From contig JBOZIK010000001.1 in the NCBI GenBank assembly GCA_051453625.1, positions 18,518,089 through 18,582,088 on the forward strand: 64,000 bases of DNA, given 5' to 3'. A program made the translations under genes and the position numbers. This DNA comes from Welwitschia mirabilis. Taxonomy: Eukaryota. Positions 39,803 to 53,008 of the stretch are shown here, one piece after another. How positions within the stretch are numbered: the first letter of the stretch is position 1; each line of letters opens with the position of its first letter. Under the pieces are notes generated by a model. It ran no database searches, had not been told where the DNA came from, and saw only the letters and a program-made list of their open reading frames with translations.

Positions 39803-40850
39803 AGGACTAGTATCCTCTTTCTTTTAGGCTTTTACCTGGTATTCCGAGTTCTTTATAAGTTCTAGTTTTCTAGGGGTAGTTTCGCCCCTAGTTTTCAGTA
39901 GTTTTTAGTCCTTTTGTATGATTGTTTCCTTTAGTACTTGTGTCCTCTTACGTAACTGATTGTTGTGTCATTTTTTAAGGGGCGGTTTTACCCTCCTTTT
40001 TGGTTTGCTGTTCTTGCTGCTATGAACAGTCTATGCTTCTGTAATGATCGGGTGGCGAGTTTACCCTAGATGTACATTTCCTAGTCTAATACACATACTT
40101 TAAAAAAAAAATTCTAATTAAAGGATTAACATTCCTAATATCCAAGTAATTAAGGTTTAAAAAATATGAAGTATAACACCTAAAAATCCCCATGATAGAT
40201 ACAAAGACTAATAATAAATTAAAAGTTGAAGATTAAGTAGATTTAGAAGCTATTATCAATATTTTAACTTATGTAACTAATGAGGAAATTAGATAAATTA
40301 AAATTAATACCTTATTAAGGGAACTTTTTTTTAGTAGATGGGTTAATAGCAATACTTAAAGGACTATTAAAAGATATATGTATTAAAATTTAGGGTTTTA
40401 TTTACTTAATTGATTTACTGTTAATGAAAACTTAAGGAGATGTACATATAGTTTTCTTAGGAAGGCCATGGATGGCTACTAATGATGCCATCATTTACTC
40501 CAGGAGACATGGAATGGAAATTAGCTTGTAAGAACTTAAATAGAAAATTAAATTATCTAATGCAACTATCATAGAAGAAATAGGATACAATACTAAAGGT
40601 AGGACAAATGCCATCCTAACTTAAGAAGTACATATAATATTAAAATAATAAAATGAAGTAAAACATAAGGAAAAATTTTAACATATCAAGAAATAGTAAA
40701 ACCTCCATTTAAAGAAGGGTTAGAATATATAAAAGTATATCCTAACAAACATTTAACTATAAACAGTAATCTAACTCATTCTTAGAAAAGCAAGCTTAAA
40801 ATAATGTTGGAGGAAAAGAATCCTTTACTTCAAATCATACTAACATAAAA

Positions 40851-40868
40851 GAGAGAGAGAGAGAGAGA
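40851..40868 (+). repeat. (GA)9 microsatellite inside the decayed pol of element D
   Basis: Visible GA run. Confidence 0.9.
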
Positions 40869-40963
40869 GGGATTCCAACATTTACCAATATAAAATTTAC
40901 TTAAATACTTTAATTCAATTAAATAGAAAACTTGAGGTAAGGTGTAATTCTTACTGCAAGAAG

Positions 40964-42110
40964 TATCATCAGAAGATTGATGGATCTTTACAAAACATCT
41001 CTGATTTTGAAGATGTCTCTATTATGGAAGAGGTTTATACAAAATTCAATCTCTTGATAGAAGATGTATTTGATCTTAAAGATGTCTACCTTATGATATG
41101 AATTAATTGTCAATAGACATCTCTAGTGATGAAGATGTCTATTCTAAAATTTTAATTGTCTAATAGTAGATGTCTCTGGTAATGAAGATGTCTATCTTAA
41201 AAGGATGACCTATCCTATAGTAGGTGCCTATGAGTTTGGAAGATGTCTCTAAGTTGTGAAAGATATCTACTTCAATAAATATATCTATGACGTAAAAGAT
41301 GTCTATCTTATGACTACTGTAAGACTACTTTTAAACCACATGAAATTAGTATTTATGTGTTATAATTCTTGATCCAAAAATTTAACAATGATGTTATCCA
41401 CCTAGAAAAATGTAAGATTATATTTCAAACAAGATTTTTCATTATTCTTCTAGATACATCTTTAAGAAATTTTGTTCTTGATCTAACAAATGCTTGTAAT
41501 TAAGATTTTCATGAAATAAGGGATCTTTATTCTTTCTTTTAGAAGAATAGTCTAAAAACCTTTAAATAAGAGAAAATATCATTTGCATGTAATATGCAGC
41601 CTAAAATATTCAAGATTCAACCTTATATTTACTAATTCTTTAACCTTTCCATTTAAAATTTAGTTATTCTTATTCCTAATTTAATGACTTATTTTCAAAT
41701 ATGAGAAAACACAAAATAAAAGACATTAGTAATTCTCTTCATTCTTCTATGTAAACACATATGTGAGTGAACTCAAGTAGGATTTAAGCATTACTAAAGG
41801 GAAAAAAAAAAAAAAACTCAATCATTAAGAAAAAAATCATGCAAAAGTTATGAAAACACTTCTCTAGCATTTCATTCATCTCTTCAAGAGGTATTAAGCA
41901 TATGTTTCTACATCAATAGTTTACTCATAAAGAAGAGTTTGAAATCATTCTTTCTTCTCTAACATGGGATATAATCCCTTACAAGAGAGACTAACATTGC
42001 TTTCTAACATAAATTCTTATAATCTCATAACTCTCTAAACAACAACATTAAAACATAATTACAAAATAAAGTATATGATGTTTTCACATTGAATCACATT
42101 TGCATCAACA
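40964..42110 (-). repeat. 3' LTR (~1.15 kb) of Ty1/Copia copy 1
   Basis: Minus strand starts TGTTGATGC at 42110 right after the PPT remnant (caagggat). Colinear with 53012-54084 plus 61389-61439. Confidence 0.8.
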
Positions 42111-42149
42111 ATCCCTTGTTTGGGATAATGTGGAGATTAGATGCTAGAT

Positions 42150-43735
42150 ATTAAAATATCATGTTTGATTTGGAGATGAAGTGCTTCATTTTATAGATTA
42201 ATAGATTCTTTGTCAACATATCAGCAACTTATTCATTAGTAGAAACATGCTTGATCATGATTACTTCTCCTTCACTTTTTCTCATATGAATTAATATTTG
42301 ATTTTAATATGTTTACTCTTCTTGAAGAGTGTACTCTAGAAAGAGCATTATGATCAGTATATTATCAACAAACGTGTTAACTAGTATTTTTAACTTTATC
42401 TACAATTGTTCAAATAATTTTAAAATCCATAAAACATGTTGAAGAAAATAATCCATGGAGATGTATCAAATTCAATAGAGGAAAGATATCCATATGTTTG
42501 TTTTTCTAATTTCCAACAGATTGGATTTCTCCCATGAATAATAATGAAACCAAAAGTGAATTTTCTATCTTTAATGGATTCACCTCAATTAGCATCATAA
42601 TAACAATGAATATTTCCATCTCACTTTTCAAATTTAAATACAAAAGTAAGCGTGTGAAATACATATCGTATGAGCTTTTTCAAAATAGTAAGATGACTTT
42701 CTCTTGGTTCAGCCATATATCTGGACATAAATCATAGTGCAAATTTAATATCAAGTCTTGTATGACAAAAAAATTTTAAGGAGTCTACCAGGAACTTGTA
42801 AAGAGAAGCATCGACCCCTTTTGAATGGTCTTTCCTTTCAATTATAAGATTTTAAGGTAATGGTATGGCAGCTGGTTTTACTTTAAGTACTCATATTTTT
42901 TCATCATGACTTGTGCAAATTTTTATTAATGTACAATCATGGTATTTGTCTTAATCAAGCTAAATTCTTAATCAATATTTAAGGACACCAACATATTTCA
43001 TTTTAAATTCATTTTTCATTCTGATCTTAACATTTTCAGTTATTTTCACATAGTAGCAAAGAATACCATGTCATTAATATAAATGAGTATCATAATGAAA
43101 TGGCCATTTAAGTGTTTGAGATATAAACTTGGCTATGAAATACATTCTTTGTAGCATTTTCGACTCCAAACCAAGTTATTTGATCATGCTTGCAACCATA
43201 ACAACCTTTCTTAAGTTTGAAAATTTTGTTTTCTTGACCTTTGGCAATAAGACATTTAGGCTAGAAAATATATAGTTCTTATTCTAAGTATCCATTTAAA
43301 AATGCACTATTTACATCTATTTGATGTAAAAAATATCCTNNNNNNNNNNNNNNNNNNNNNNNNNNNNNNNNNNNNNNNNNNNNNNNNNNNNNNNNNNNNN
43401 NNNNNNNNNNNNNNNNNNNNNNNNNNNNNNNNNNNNNNNAAATGCACTATTTACATCTATTTGATGTAAAAAATATCCTCCATGAATAGCTAAATAAATC
43501 ATGAGTTTTATAGTTTTAAACCTGACAACTAGTGAAAAGATCTCTTCATAGTTAATGTGCTTATTTTGCTTGTATCCTCTAGCAACCACCCTTACTTTGT
43601 AGCCTGTGATAATGCACTTTTTATCATTTTTAAAAAAAATACATTTAGAGTTAATGATTTTCTTTTTCTTTAGCTTATCCACAAGATTTCGTGTGCCACT
43701 TTTTTGTATTGCATTCATTTCCTTCTCCATTACTT
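42150..43735 (-). pseudogene. Ty1/Copia RT and RNase H (copy 1), disrupted
   Basis: ORF 43317-43730 MEKEMNAIQK...YKVRVVARGYKQ...INYEEIFS.V...LHQIDVNSAF; RNase H end HVSTNE*VADMLTKNL at ~42200-42250. Confidence 0.92.
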
Positions 43736-43742
43736 ATTACAG

Positions 43743-46700
43743 TGTGTATTTATGCAATCGTTAAGTTCTTAAGAAATTCCTGTCAATCATAAATGCTTGG
43801 ATAAAACACATGCTAGTATAGATGAGAGCTCAAATGTCGTAATTCGTCAAAGGCACTAAGGAAAGAAGTTAGAGAATTGCTCTTGATAAAGTATTTTTGG
43901 TATTTTCTATTTAAGTTTAAGAAACAAAAATAATGCATAAATACAATGCAACATGAATGCAAATGCAATGCTTATAAATGCGATGCACATGAAAATACTC
44001 TAAGTAATAGATCTACTCGACTACCAACCTCTATCATCAAGATTATCCCTCATAACCTAAATCAATTAGGAAATGCTGTCACTAAATCCTAACTAATGTA
44101 GACAATAAAGTACATTGAATAAAATATAATGGAATGCAACTATTCTAGTTACAGAAATGTAATGTAAATACTAAACTAATAATATCAACCTTAACAAAGG
44201 TTGCCTTCATGATCTAGACCAATTATGAAGCTATCACCAAATTATAATCAACATAAACCATAAGGGAGATGCACATAATGGAATTAAGGAAACTATTTCA
44301 TTAATCTTGAATCAACATTTACTTACAAAGCAGCAACACCTCAGTGGAGGACACACAATCCAATACTAAAGAATACTTCTCTCTATAACTATGGATGACT
44401 ATTTTGCCCTCATCACAAGATTGTCAGGCGTAAAAGATGATTGGAAATGAGGGCAAGGAAGGTTTTTATTACAAGTAACATCCTAAAAATAAAAACCCTA
44501 ATGACTAGATGAAACTCTAGCAGCGCTAAAGGAGGCGTGTGACAAATTGTAAAGTTAGATAAATTTTGGTACATCAGTTATAAAGTTAGGTGCAATGTCA
44601 TCCTGCATGTCAATCGAATGATGATGAAGGTGTTGCCACATCAGAAAGGATACCACATTAGCTTCTAGCTTAGTCCAGTTAGCATCCTTATTAGCTTTCT
44701 TATTCTATCATTTGGTATTCTCGTCTGGACGATGATGGGGATGATAGGTTTTTAAGTTATCATATTAAATCAACTTAACCTCTTTAATTGTCAGACTCAT
44801 CCTTAGAATGTTAAGTATCAGAATTTATCTAAAATACCTTTAAATATGCCAAAGATTACACATTTATGTGATTATTACATTAAATCTCCATCATTATTAA
44901 GACTTTACTTAAACTTATCTAAATTTCTTTTAACAGCACTCAAAATACCCCATCAAATACATACAATTTGGCATTGTGACATAGCCCACCACCTAGCCTT
45001 ATCAGTCCTTGACAAAGTAGGAGAACAACTATAATTACAAGCCAAATTGGCTAAGATAAACATTAACTAAGGAAAGGTAAACCAAGCTTAGAAATCTAAT
45101 CATGTAGAATAAAATGTTAAAATCTAATAAACTAGACATATTACCTTGATAGTGTATGGGGTACTATTGTCCTGTGCACTATCTGGACAATGATGTAGAT
45201 GACAGTCTTCAAAAATTGAACTTGAAAAATTAATTACCTGAAATCATGCTTACTAGAAAAATAGCTATTAGATTTCATAAAAACTACATTAGTTACCTAC
45301 TTAAAACATTAGCATATCTAAAAATAAAAATCAAATGTTATATTAAAAAGTCGTTAAAAGATAAAACCATAATAACTCAGATAAATGATCTACATGTATA
45401 ATAAAACAGTGATAACTCAAAATGATATGTATAAATCAATTAGTGAGTTTTAAGTAAAATCCACAAAGGGTAAATACATCAAAAATAATCATAAAATCAC
45501 TTTCCTTATTTTTATAGTGAAGTCTACATGGGAGCTCATAGGTGAAAGTGGAGAAGGAGAACACTCTTTTACATCTTAGAAAGTACATACTGAGAGCCTG
45601 CTAAAATGGTAGATTTAGAGGCCTACTAAATAATACCCATAAAGCATACCATAGAAATAATAGGAAATCATAACCAGATCAACACATCTCATCCATGTAT
45701 CATGATAGCTCAAAAATAATTCCCATAACAATAATTTAAATTTTTTGGCTCATAAATATTTCAAAAGTATGTTCTACCCTTCCACTTGCGAATCAATACA
45801 TCTTGTATTATATAAACATAAGAATAACAAGATAAAAATGCATTTTATGTATTATCCACATGTGTCATCTAGACGACTAGGAAAATGATAGGCCTTTAAG
45901 AAAGATTTAAAAAAATAAAATCTAGTAAAGTAAGTGAGTTAATAATAGCAATAGTGAGGCCTCCAAAATTTATCATGAAGTGACAAAGAAGGGTAAAATA
46001 TTAAGAAATTATCATCATGATGAAAGAGTCAAAAGTTGAAAAAACACAAGGCAGGAGAGAAGGTATCATAATAGGGTAATGATAATGCAGTAACGAAGAG
46101 AAGCAATGTGAAAGAACATCATCAAATATGCCTGAACTTAAAATTATGTAAGAATATCAAGTGGATGTGTGCAAAATTAAAAACATACTAAAGGACAATG
46201 ATTTGCAAGGTGCTAGAAGAAAGTTAACCCCTATGGATACAAACTAAGAGTGAAAATAAAAACAACTTAAAAAATACTAAATGATCAAGTCCTAAATATG
46301 TGATGAAAAAGTACAAAAATAACTTTGAAATACTAAGTAAAGCACTTAAGAAAAATAAAATGAAAATGAACAACTAGGAACATGAAGAAGATTGTGTACT
46401 ACCCTAAATTCTAACCTAATAAAATTCCTTAGTAGAAATCATAAAATCACATGATTAATGATGTATGACTTAATGTAAAAAAATTCATAAAGTAACACTC
46501 AGATAGGTAGTGATTATGATAATGTGAAGTATATCTAATGTTTTCAAACAGTAAATGATAAGATTAAAAGCTACTTAGAAATGGATTCCCTTGCTTACAT
46601 CCCAAAACCACACTAGAATCCAAAAAAGTAAAATGATCATGTGGGATTACTATATTTTCAATGAGTCTAGGAAATAAGAAATATCTCTGATGATACTAGG

Positions 46701-49700
46701 AACATCACTGATCTTGTAGCCTCGAAGTGNNNNNNNNNNATTAGTCCATGATGAGTGCAGTACAACCACTGTCAGAGGAGTAAGGGCCCATGAAGCATGG
46801 CCAACTGACTCCTCTAGCAGAGTTCCCATACCTACCAACACTATCAAAAGTCTGTCTTAGAAAATGTACTCCGATGTAGTAGGACATCATGGTGACCATG
46901 TTTTTAGCTCAAATACAAAAGATCATGATTATTATTTATTCTTCTTTTTACTTCTTCTGCTTCTTCTTGTTCCTGTTTGAATGAAAATAAATCCCACATG
47001 ACCAAGTTAATAGACATACGGATGTCTAAACATTGGATAAATCCAATCTTATCGCTTGGAAGTGCTCAAGTAAAAGATTACTAGTTATGGTAACTTCATA
47101 AATTAATAAATTAGTCAAGTTAAAAATGTTCAAGTAATAGCATGACATCCACAAAGGAATTGGTTAAGGAATAATTTAGAAAATGGCAAGAGGACTTCCA
47201 AAACAAGTGCTTCTGTCATGTTCAAAATTCTATTAGTAGGTGACTTATGGATGTTTAACCCTTATCTGTTAACTTTCTAAATTTCCCTAGTGTTTAAATC
47301 GAAAATCTCAACTAAGCCATTAGGATATACTTTTTTTAAAAGATAAGGATCTAACCATCTAGAAGTTAACCTACTATATCAAAAGTGGGACATAAAATTA
47401 AAACCAAGGACAAAAACATATCAACATCAAATCAGAAGCAAATACCAAAACAAGCTTAAAGTATTAGGAAAATAAGTTTTATTTGGATCCAACACTTTAT
47501 TTAAAAGAAAAAGAAAGATTTATTTTTATAAGGCTATGATCCTAGGTATTGTACATTTTTGGAAAACTAAGAATCAAAACAAATAGAAACCAATTGATAA
47601 AACATAAAAGGTATACAATCATTTTTAAGTAAAATCAATTAGAGGTAAAGATAATAAAAGGATAAAACGTTAATAGCACAAATGTCAAAATCTAAATAAG
47701 AGATAAAGAAGTGATAGATTTCATAAAAAATAATCTATTATTGAATCAACATAAATCATGATTATTATTACATAATTGATTCTAGGCATTACTCAAAGAA
47801 AGGATGCAAGAAGTTTTTAAAGGATATTTAGAATATTTAGTAAGATCAAGAAGCTTTTTAATATTTGACTCAAGATATGGATTTTCATCAAGGAGGTAAG
47901 GCTTTCCTCGATTATAATAACCAAACAACACTTTGGCTTCACAAAATTTATTAGCAATATAAGAGACAAAAAATTCATATAATTCATGGAAAAATAATCT
48001 CTTATCAAAATTGTGATATAAAAAATTTGAAAGATAGATTTCATTCAATGGTTGAAAATTAAAGTCATCAATGGCACTATTAGAGATCCAAGAATTTTAA
48101 GGAAACTTCTTCGGATAACTGAATAGGATAGGTTTAACATATTTAAGAAGCTCTCTAAGGTTTAATTGTAAGCATGGATTACTATCAATAAGATAAGGTT
48201 TATCCAAATTTAAAAATTCAAGATATCCCAAGTCATACTTTTGCAAAGAGTAATTATTAAAAGCAAAAGATAAAGTGGACTTGGTAAAAGAAGAAAGGAG
48301 GTTACTTTAAGTATCACATGATGTTTTAAGAGGAAGAGATTCAAAGACATTGGAAATAGACTCCTTAAGACTATGTGCTTCATTAAAATCAAGGAAAGGG
48401 ATGTGACTTTCAGAATTACATGAACGTTCAAATGGGAGAGATGGAAAAATGTTACCGTTATCAAGGTCACAAGGTAATGTAAAAGTAGAAGCAGAAGAAG
48501 AGGTGTTATTTAGAGTTTTAAATGAAAGTACAAGTGGAATGAATGGAGAAACATGGGTAGAATCTTTAGATTGGGTTATTGCATTGGATAGAGGTCTATT
48601 CGGTATTAAGTTTGGCTAAATTTCTATCGGTTCTTCATTATTCATTTCCTCCTCATTATTTTCTTCATCATTACTTTGTTAAATGCTTTTTTTATTTTCT
48701 TCATCATTATCTTTAACTATATCTTCCTCTTATTCATTATACTGATTATTATTTCTTTGAATATTATTGTCATTCTCTAAGTTATTAGATTTATTAAAAA
48801 GATCATAAAGAGAATGTGCTCATCATCTTCTTTATTAGAAAGATCATAAAGATAATGTGCTTATCATCTTATTTCTTATTCTCCTTTTCTTCATCACATT
48901 TTTGCATGTCATTATTATCTAAATTATTAGATTCATCAAAAAGGTCATAAATAAAAATGTGATCATTGTCTTCATCGTAAATTGAAAAATTTTCAGGTTC
49001 TTCATAAAATGATTCCTTTATTTGATTTGGATTTTCTAATAGTAAGTGGAAGCCATGAAGATAATCTAATATCTCACTATCATCATCTAATGAATAATCA
49101 TCCTCAACCTTATTGTTGAATAATTGAGTTGAATCATCATTATCCTCCTTTTATCCATCTCCTAATGAATGGGATGTTATAAGTTGATCCATAATTTTAT
49201 TTTTATTTTAAAGTAAGAATTGTTGCTACTTGTTTCTAAGTTCTTCTCATTTTTTTAAAGGTGGAAGATAGTAGGATAGGTTTGAAAATGTTGTGTTGTA
49301 AAAGAACTTTAAGATAGTGGATTTTATGACATTGTTTATTGAAGGATCTTAATTACATTTTCTAGGTTCTTATTAGTATCTTCTTACCTTTTCTTCATTT
49401 TGTAAATTATTTCTTTCATTGAGTTATTTCTTTCTTTATAGTAATTTATGGAATGTGGACCTTTTTATTCATAGTAATTCATGGGAGATGAATAGGATTC
49501 ACTAAAACAATTGTAGAATGCTTTTCTAAATGAGGTGGAATTCCTAAAATGTTGAAAATTATCATTGTCATTTTTACATGAAGCCTAAAAAAATGGGGAG
49601 AAGAGGGAAGAAAAAGAATAAGGAGTTTGAAAAGAGGAGAGGACCCCATTCCTAGTCTTAACATCATTTGGTGTTATTCACCTTCTTTCTATAAATATCT

Positions 49701-50410
49701 CGTGGAGTGTTCTTTTATCATTATTCTTTGAAATTCTTATGTTTCTCCTCCTTTTAGCAAGTATTTCTTGAAGTGGTCTTTTATCATTATCCTAAAAAAT
49801 TCTCACATTTCTCCTTATTTTAGCAAGTATTTCTCGAAGGATATTCATAGATGAGAAGGATGAACAAGAAGAATTCTTGATTCTAATTTCTACATCATTA
49901 CCAAGAGGTAAGTCAAAGGGATTTTGGATTTCACATTTCCTTTTAGCAATTAAATCTCTAAGTGTAACATTCATATTTGAATTAGATGTTCCTATCATAA
50001 TTAATCTACTAGGTGACACTACACAGATGAAGAAGAAATAAAATAATGTGCTTATATTCTATTATTTTCACAATCTTCTTTTGAAAAATTTGATTCTAAA
50101 ATAACATAAGTAGAAAAAAATTTTCTTCAATTCTTGGATTTTAGATATGTGGAATGTACATACTTGGATTTTATTTATAGTCGAATAAGCCTTCTACTAC
50201 TTTCCTTGACCAAGCTTTATTCCCTTTGATATTTTAGATTTTTACTAGAATCTAACATGTTCTTGCATGATTAAAAAAATGCCTGCAAGTGTCATCTTGA
50301 TTATCGTCTAGACAATATCTAAGATGACCACTTACAAAAAACTAAAAAAAAAAAAGAAACACAGAAACATGGAAAAATAGAAATAGAGGAAGATACTTCA
50401 TCTAGGCAAC
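43743..50410 (-). mobile_element. Decayed Athila-type element E (3' LTR 43743-44981, internal region without recognisable RT/INT), inserted in Copia copy 1
   Basis: Minus strand: PPT gtcaaggactgataaggctaggtggtggg, then LTR start TGTCACAATGCCAAATTG (44981) and end ...tacACA (43743). Athila-type cgtctggacg motifs (44722, ~45180, ~50305). Half PBS gttgcctaga at 50401-50410. Copia homology stops at ~43735. Confidence 0.55.
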
Positions 50411-52859
50411 TAACGTATTCGTCATAAAAATAAACCTTGGAATCAATATGGGACCCAACAAATTTATTCACTTTATAACAACGTGGGTTTCAAAAAAAGC
50501 GTGATGATTTCACTAAGTTGTTAGAAGATAATAAGATGAAGTCTCTATGTCTACAATAAATTCTTTAACAATCCTCTTTCTAGATAAAATTCAAATTTAA
50601 GAAGAAAATTTTATTGTTAAGAGAAGGGCTAAATGTTTGAAGATCGAAAATAAATTTTGTAAGGATAAAAGTTCTTTTCATAGTAAAAGTACAATAAGGT
50701 AAGAAAAGAGAGACAATAGTTAAAAAATAAACTAGTGTCTCATTTTAACTCTCTAAAGGCAAATATATTAGATTAGAAATGAGGCTATCGAAAAAGCCCA
50801 AATCAACTAAGAGAGAATCAAAATGCAAGAAAATGAAATTACTTTTCTCAAAGAAAAATGGAATCATCTCTATAACCATTTTCTCAATACAATCATTCTT
50901 TACTCAAACAAAGTCTTATACAAGTGGTTCAAAGTGAAATAGCTAAGATTTCAGATAAAATTTAATAACATTCTTCTCATTAACCATCAAAAGTAGATAT
51001 AAGGGTAATAAGCCATTGAGTTCTTGATTTAATTATATAAGTTTTGATTCTTGTTATTGAAAAAGATTTAATCAGAAAACTTAAAAATAAAAACAAGAAG
51101 TTATTATATGAAAATAAATTATTAGAAGTCTGTTTGGGGAAGAGAATAGGATCTAGGTGTGAGAAACTATAAGTTCATTGAAGCATGCATTTCTATACCC
51201 AAAAACATTATGACTATTTTTGCAATTGTAAAATGATCGTCAATGATATAGTACAAAAATAGAAAGAGCATGGGAGATATAACTTGGGTTTCTAATCTAG
51301 CTATAGAATAAATAAATAATGTTAATGCTGAGGATGCTAAGGAATAACATCAAAAAGCAATTAATAAACTCTTCCATTTGTGTGAGGGAATTAAGAAGAA
51401 CCTTTACCTTTTTACAATCATTGAACATGATCTAAATTGGTTAAAATATCAAAGAGAATACATAGACTCAATGAGAATGTTGAGAGGAATCTTTATAGAT
51501 ATCTTCTCTAGGATGGAGGTAAAGGTGTTATACAATTATCTTTGAGAGTTTCTCAAAATTAAATAAACCAGAAAAACCCTCTTTCCCTAAGCCTTTACAA
51601 CCAAAGAAACTTCCAACATCAAAAAGTAAAAGTAGCCTAAAGGAAGACCACATGAATTGATTTCATATGAACAAAAGATTTGAATTTGGATGATCCTACC
51701 CTTTTGAGCAAACAAATAGAGGCTATGCAATACTTGGAAGATATAAAGCAACCACACACTAAGGAGGAGCCTAATCAGTGAGCAAGAAAGCAACCAAAAA
51801 AAAAAAAGGTAGATAAGTTACCATTTGATTTTGAATTTTATTTTATGAATGAGAACATGTATTTTATTTGATGACTAACCAAATTTCGAGTATGGGAGGA
51901 AATGATAAGGTAAAGATATTTGCAAATATTATGTTACTTTTTTTAGTTAATAATGAATGAAATGCAAAATATTTAGTGTTATATTCTATGAAAGGCCTTT
52001 ATTTTATATCATCATCATTATTATTAATATGTANNNNNNNNNNNNNNNNNNNNNNNNNNNNNNNNNNNNNNNNNNNNNNNNNNNNNNNNNNNNNNNNNNN
52101 NNNNNNNNNNNNNNNNNNNNNNNNNNNNNNNNNATGTATGTAACTAACCTTATTTTTTAGGATAATATAAATGTATAATAAACTAAAAGAACTACTAATA
52201 AAGGAGAAATAATTAAAACAATATTAGAGATGGCATGAAAGGTTGAGAGTACAAAGCAACATAAGAAGACCTATTGGAAGCTTGGGAGAGGTCATACAAG
52301 GAAGGGGAGATAAACAACTAAGATGTCATAGATATATATGCATTGGGAAGAGAAGGTGGGGATCTTTTTGAGAATTCTAAACAAATCTTGAAAAAATATC
52401 TAAAAGAAGGAGAAGATTACAAAGGAAGAGCTACAAAGTAAATTCCAAATTTTGGTACTTGTTGTTATTCATAGAAAACTATTTTACTTTTATATTTCAT
52501 GAAAGTAATATAAGCTTTGTTATTCTGAAAAGAATCTTACATTACTATACATGAGATTTGGAAAAGTTGCATGTTGGTTATTTCTTGCTCTTAATATTTA
52601 TATTAACTAGAGTTAATATTAAGAAAGTGTATGAGTTAGAAATAGGTGATGCACAAATATGGCCATGGTTTTCTTTATTCTTTGTTTACTTTCCTTTTTT
52701 ATCCTTTGTAAATACTATTAATATTATATAAATGATTAAAACAAAATTTGCTAAAAAAAATATTCTTAATAAAGAATGTTTTTTGATGTAAAGAAAGAAT
52801 CTTCAATTAAGTTAAAAGCATGAAAAGATTCTTCATATAAAATTTAATAATTATTAATC

Positions 52860-53008
52860 TTGTGGTGTAGCTATACAGTTTCAATTTGTCTAGCATATTG
52901 TTATGTAAATTAGCCTTTTATTACATCTTCTAATAAAAATAATTTCCCATTTTGAGTGCTTTTAGTAAATTTACAACCTTGTTACTTATGCTTCAAGCTC
53001 TGATACCA
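52860..53008 (-). other. Copia PBS (tRNA-iMet, TGGTATCAGAGC at 52997-53008) and probable gag start
   Basis: Plus strand gctctgatacca lies 3 nt from the LTR end at 53012. Minus-strand ATG GGA AAT at ~52950 is followed by a gag-N-like remnant. Confidence 0.8.

Larger units (their letters stand above)
32970..40111 (+). mobile_element. Full-length L1-clade LINE retrotransposon with an extra 3' coding region
   Basis: 17-bp TSD aatctaattaaaagatt (32953-32969) / attctaattaaaggatt (40111-40127). Poly(A) at 40102-40111, GC-richer 5' UTR, and ORF1 and ORF2 motifs in canonical order. Confidence 0.93.
29259..40178. mobile_element. Long solo LTR (~3.8 kb without the LINE; Tekay/Del-like termini) inserted in the gag-protease of D, itself hosting the LINE
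   Basis: Termini TGTAACACCC...gaagtataACA. TSD cctag (29254-29258) / cctaa (40179-40183). Removing it restores the reading KYDDLKIPMID (DPG.P.I motif). Confidence 0.8.
26499..40940 (+). mobile_element. Ty3/Gypsy element D (Athila-like gag-protease), split by the 29259-40178 insertion; LTR boundary approximate
   Basis: gag IFPF (27960), zinc knuckle CEHCEEDNHGEVKC (~28528-28569), GKILNQSQPNPR (28810), KYDD(P)G junction at 29254/40179, protease VDLEAIINIL (~40238) and LGRPWMAT (~40457). Confidence 0.75.

Noticed and set aside
43299-43479. Exact ~40-bp repeat (aaatgcactatttacatctatttgatgtaaaaaatatcct) around a gap in Copia RT
   Set aside because: Contig-overlap artefact; Copia copy 2 has the segment only once (~63136-63175).
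46690-47060. Possible Athila env-like/accessory ORF remnant in element E
   Set aside because: The position fits, but the sequence is too decayed to show a convincing motif.
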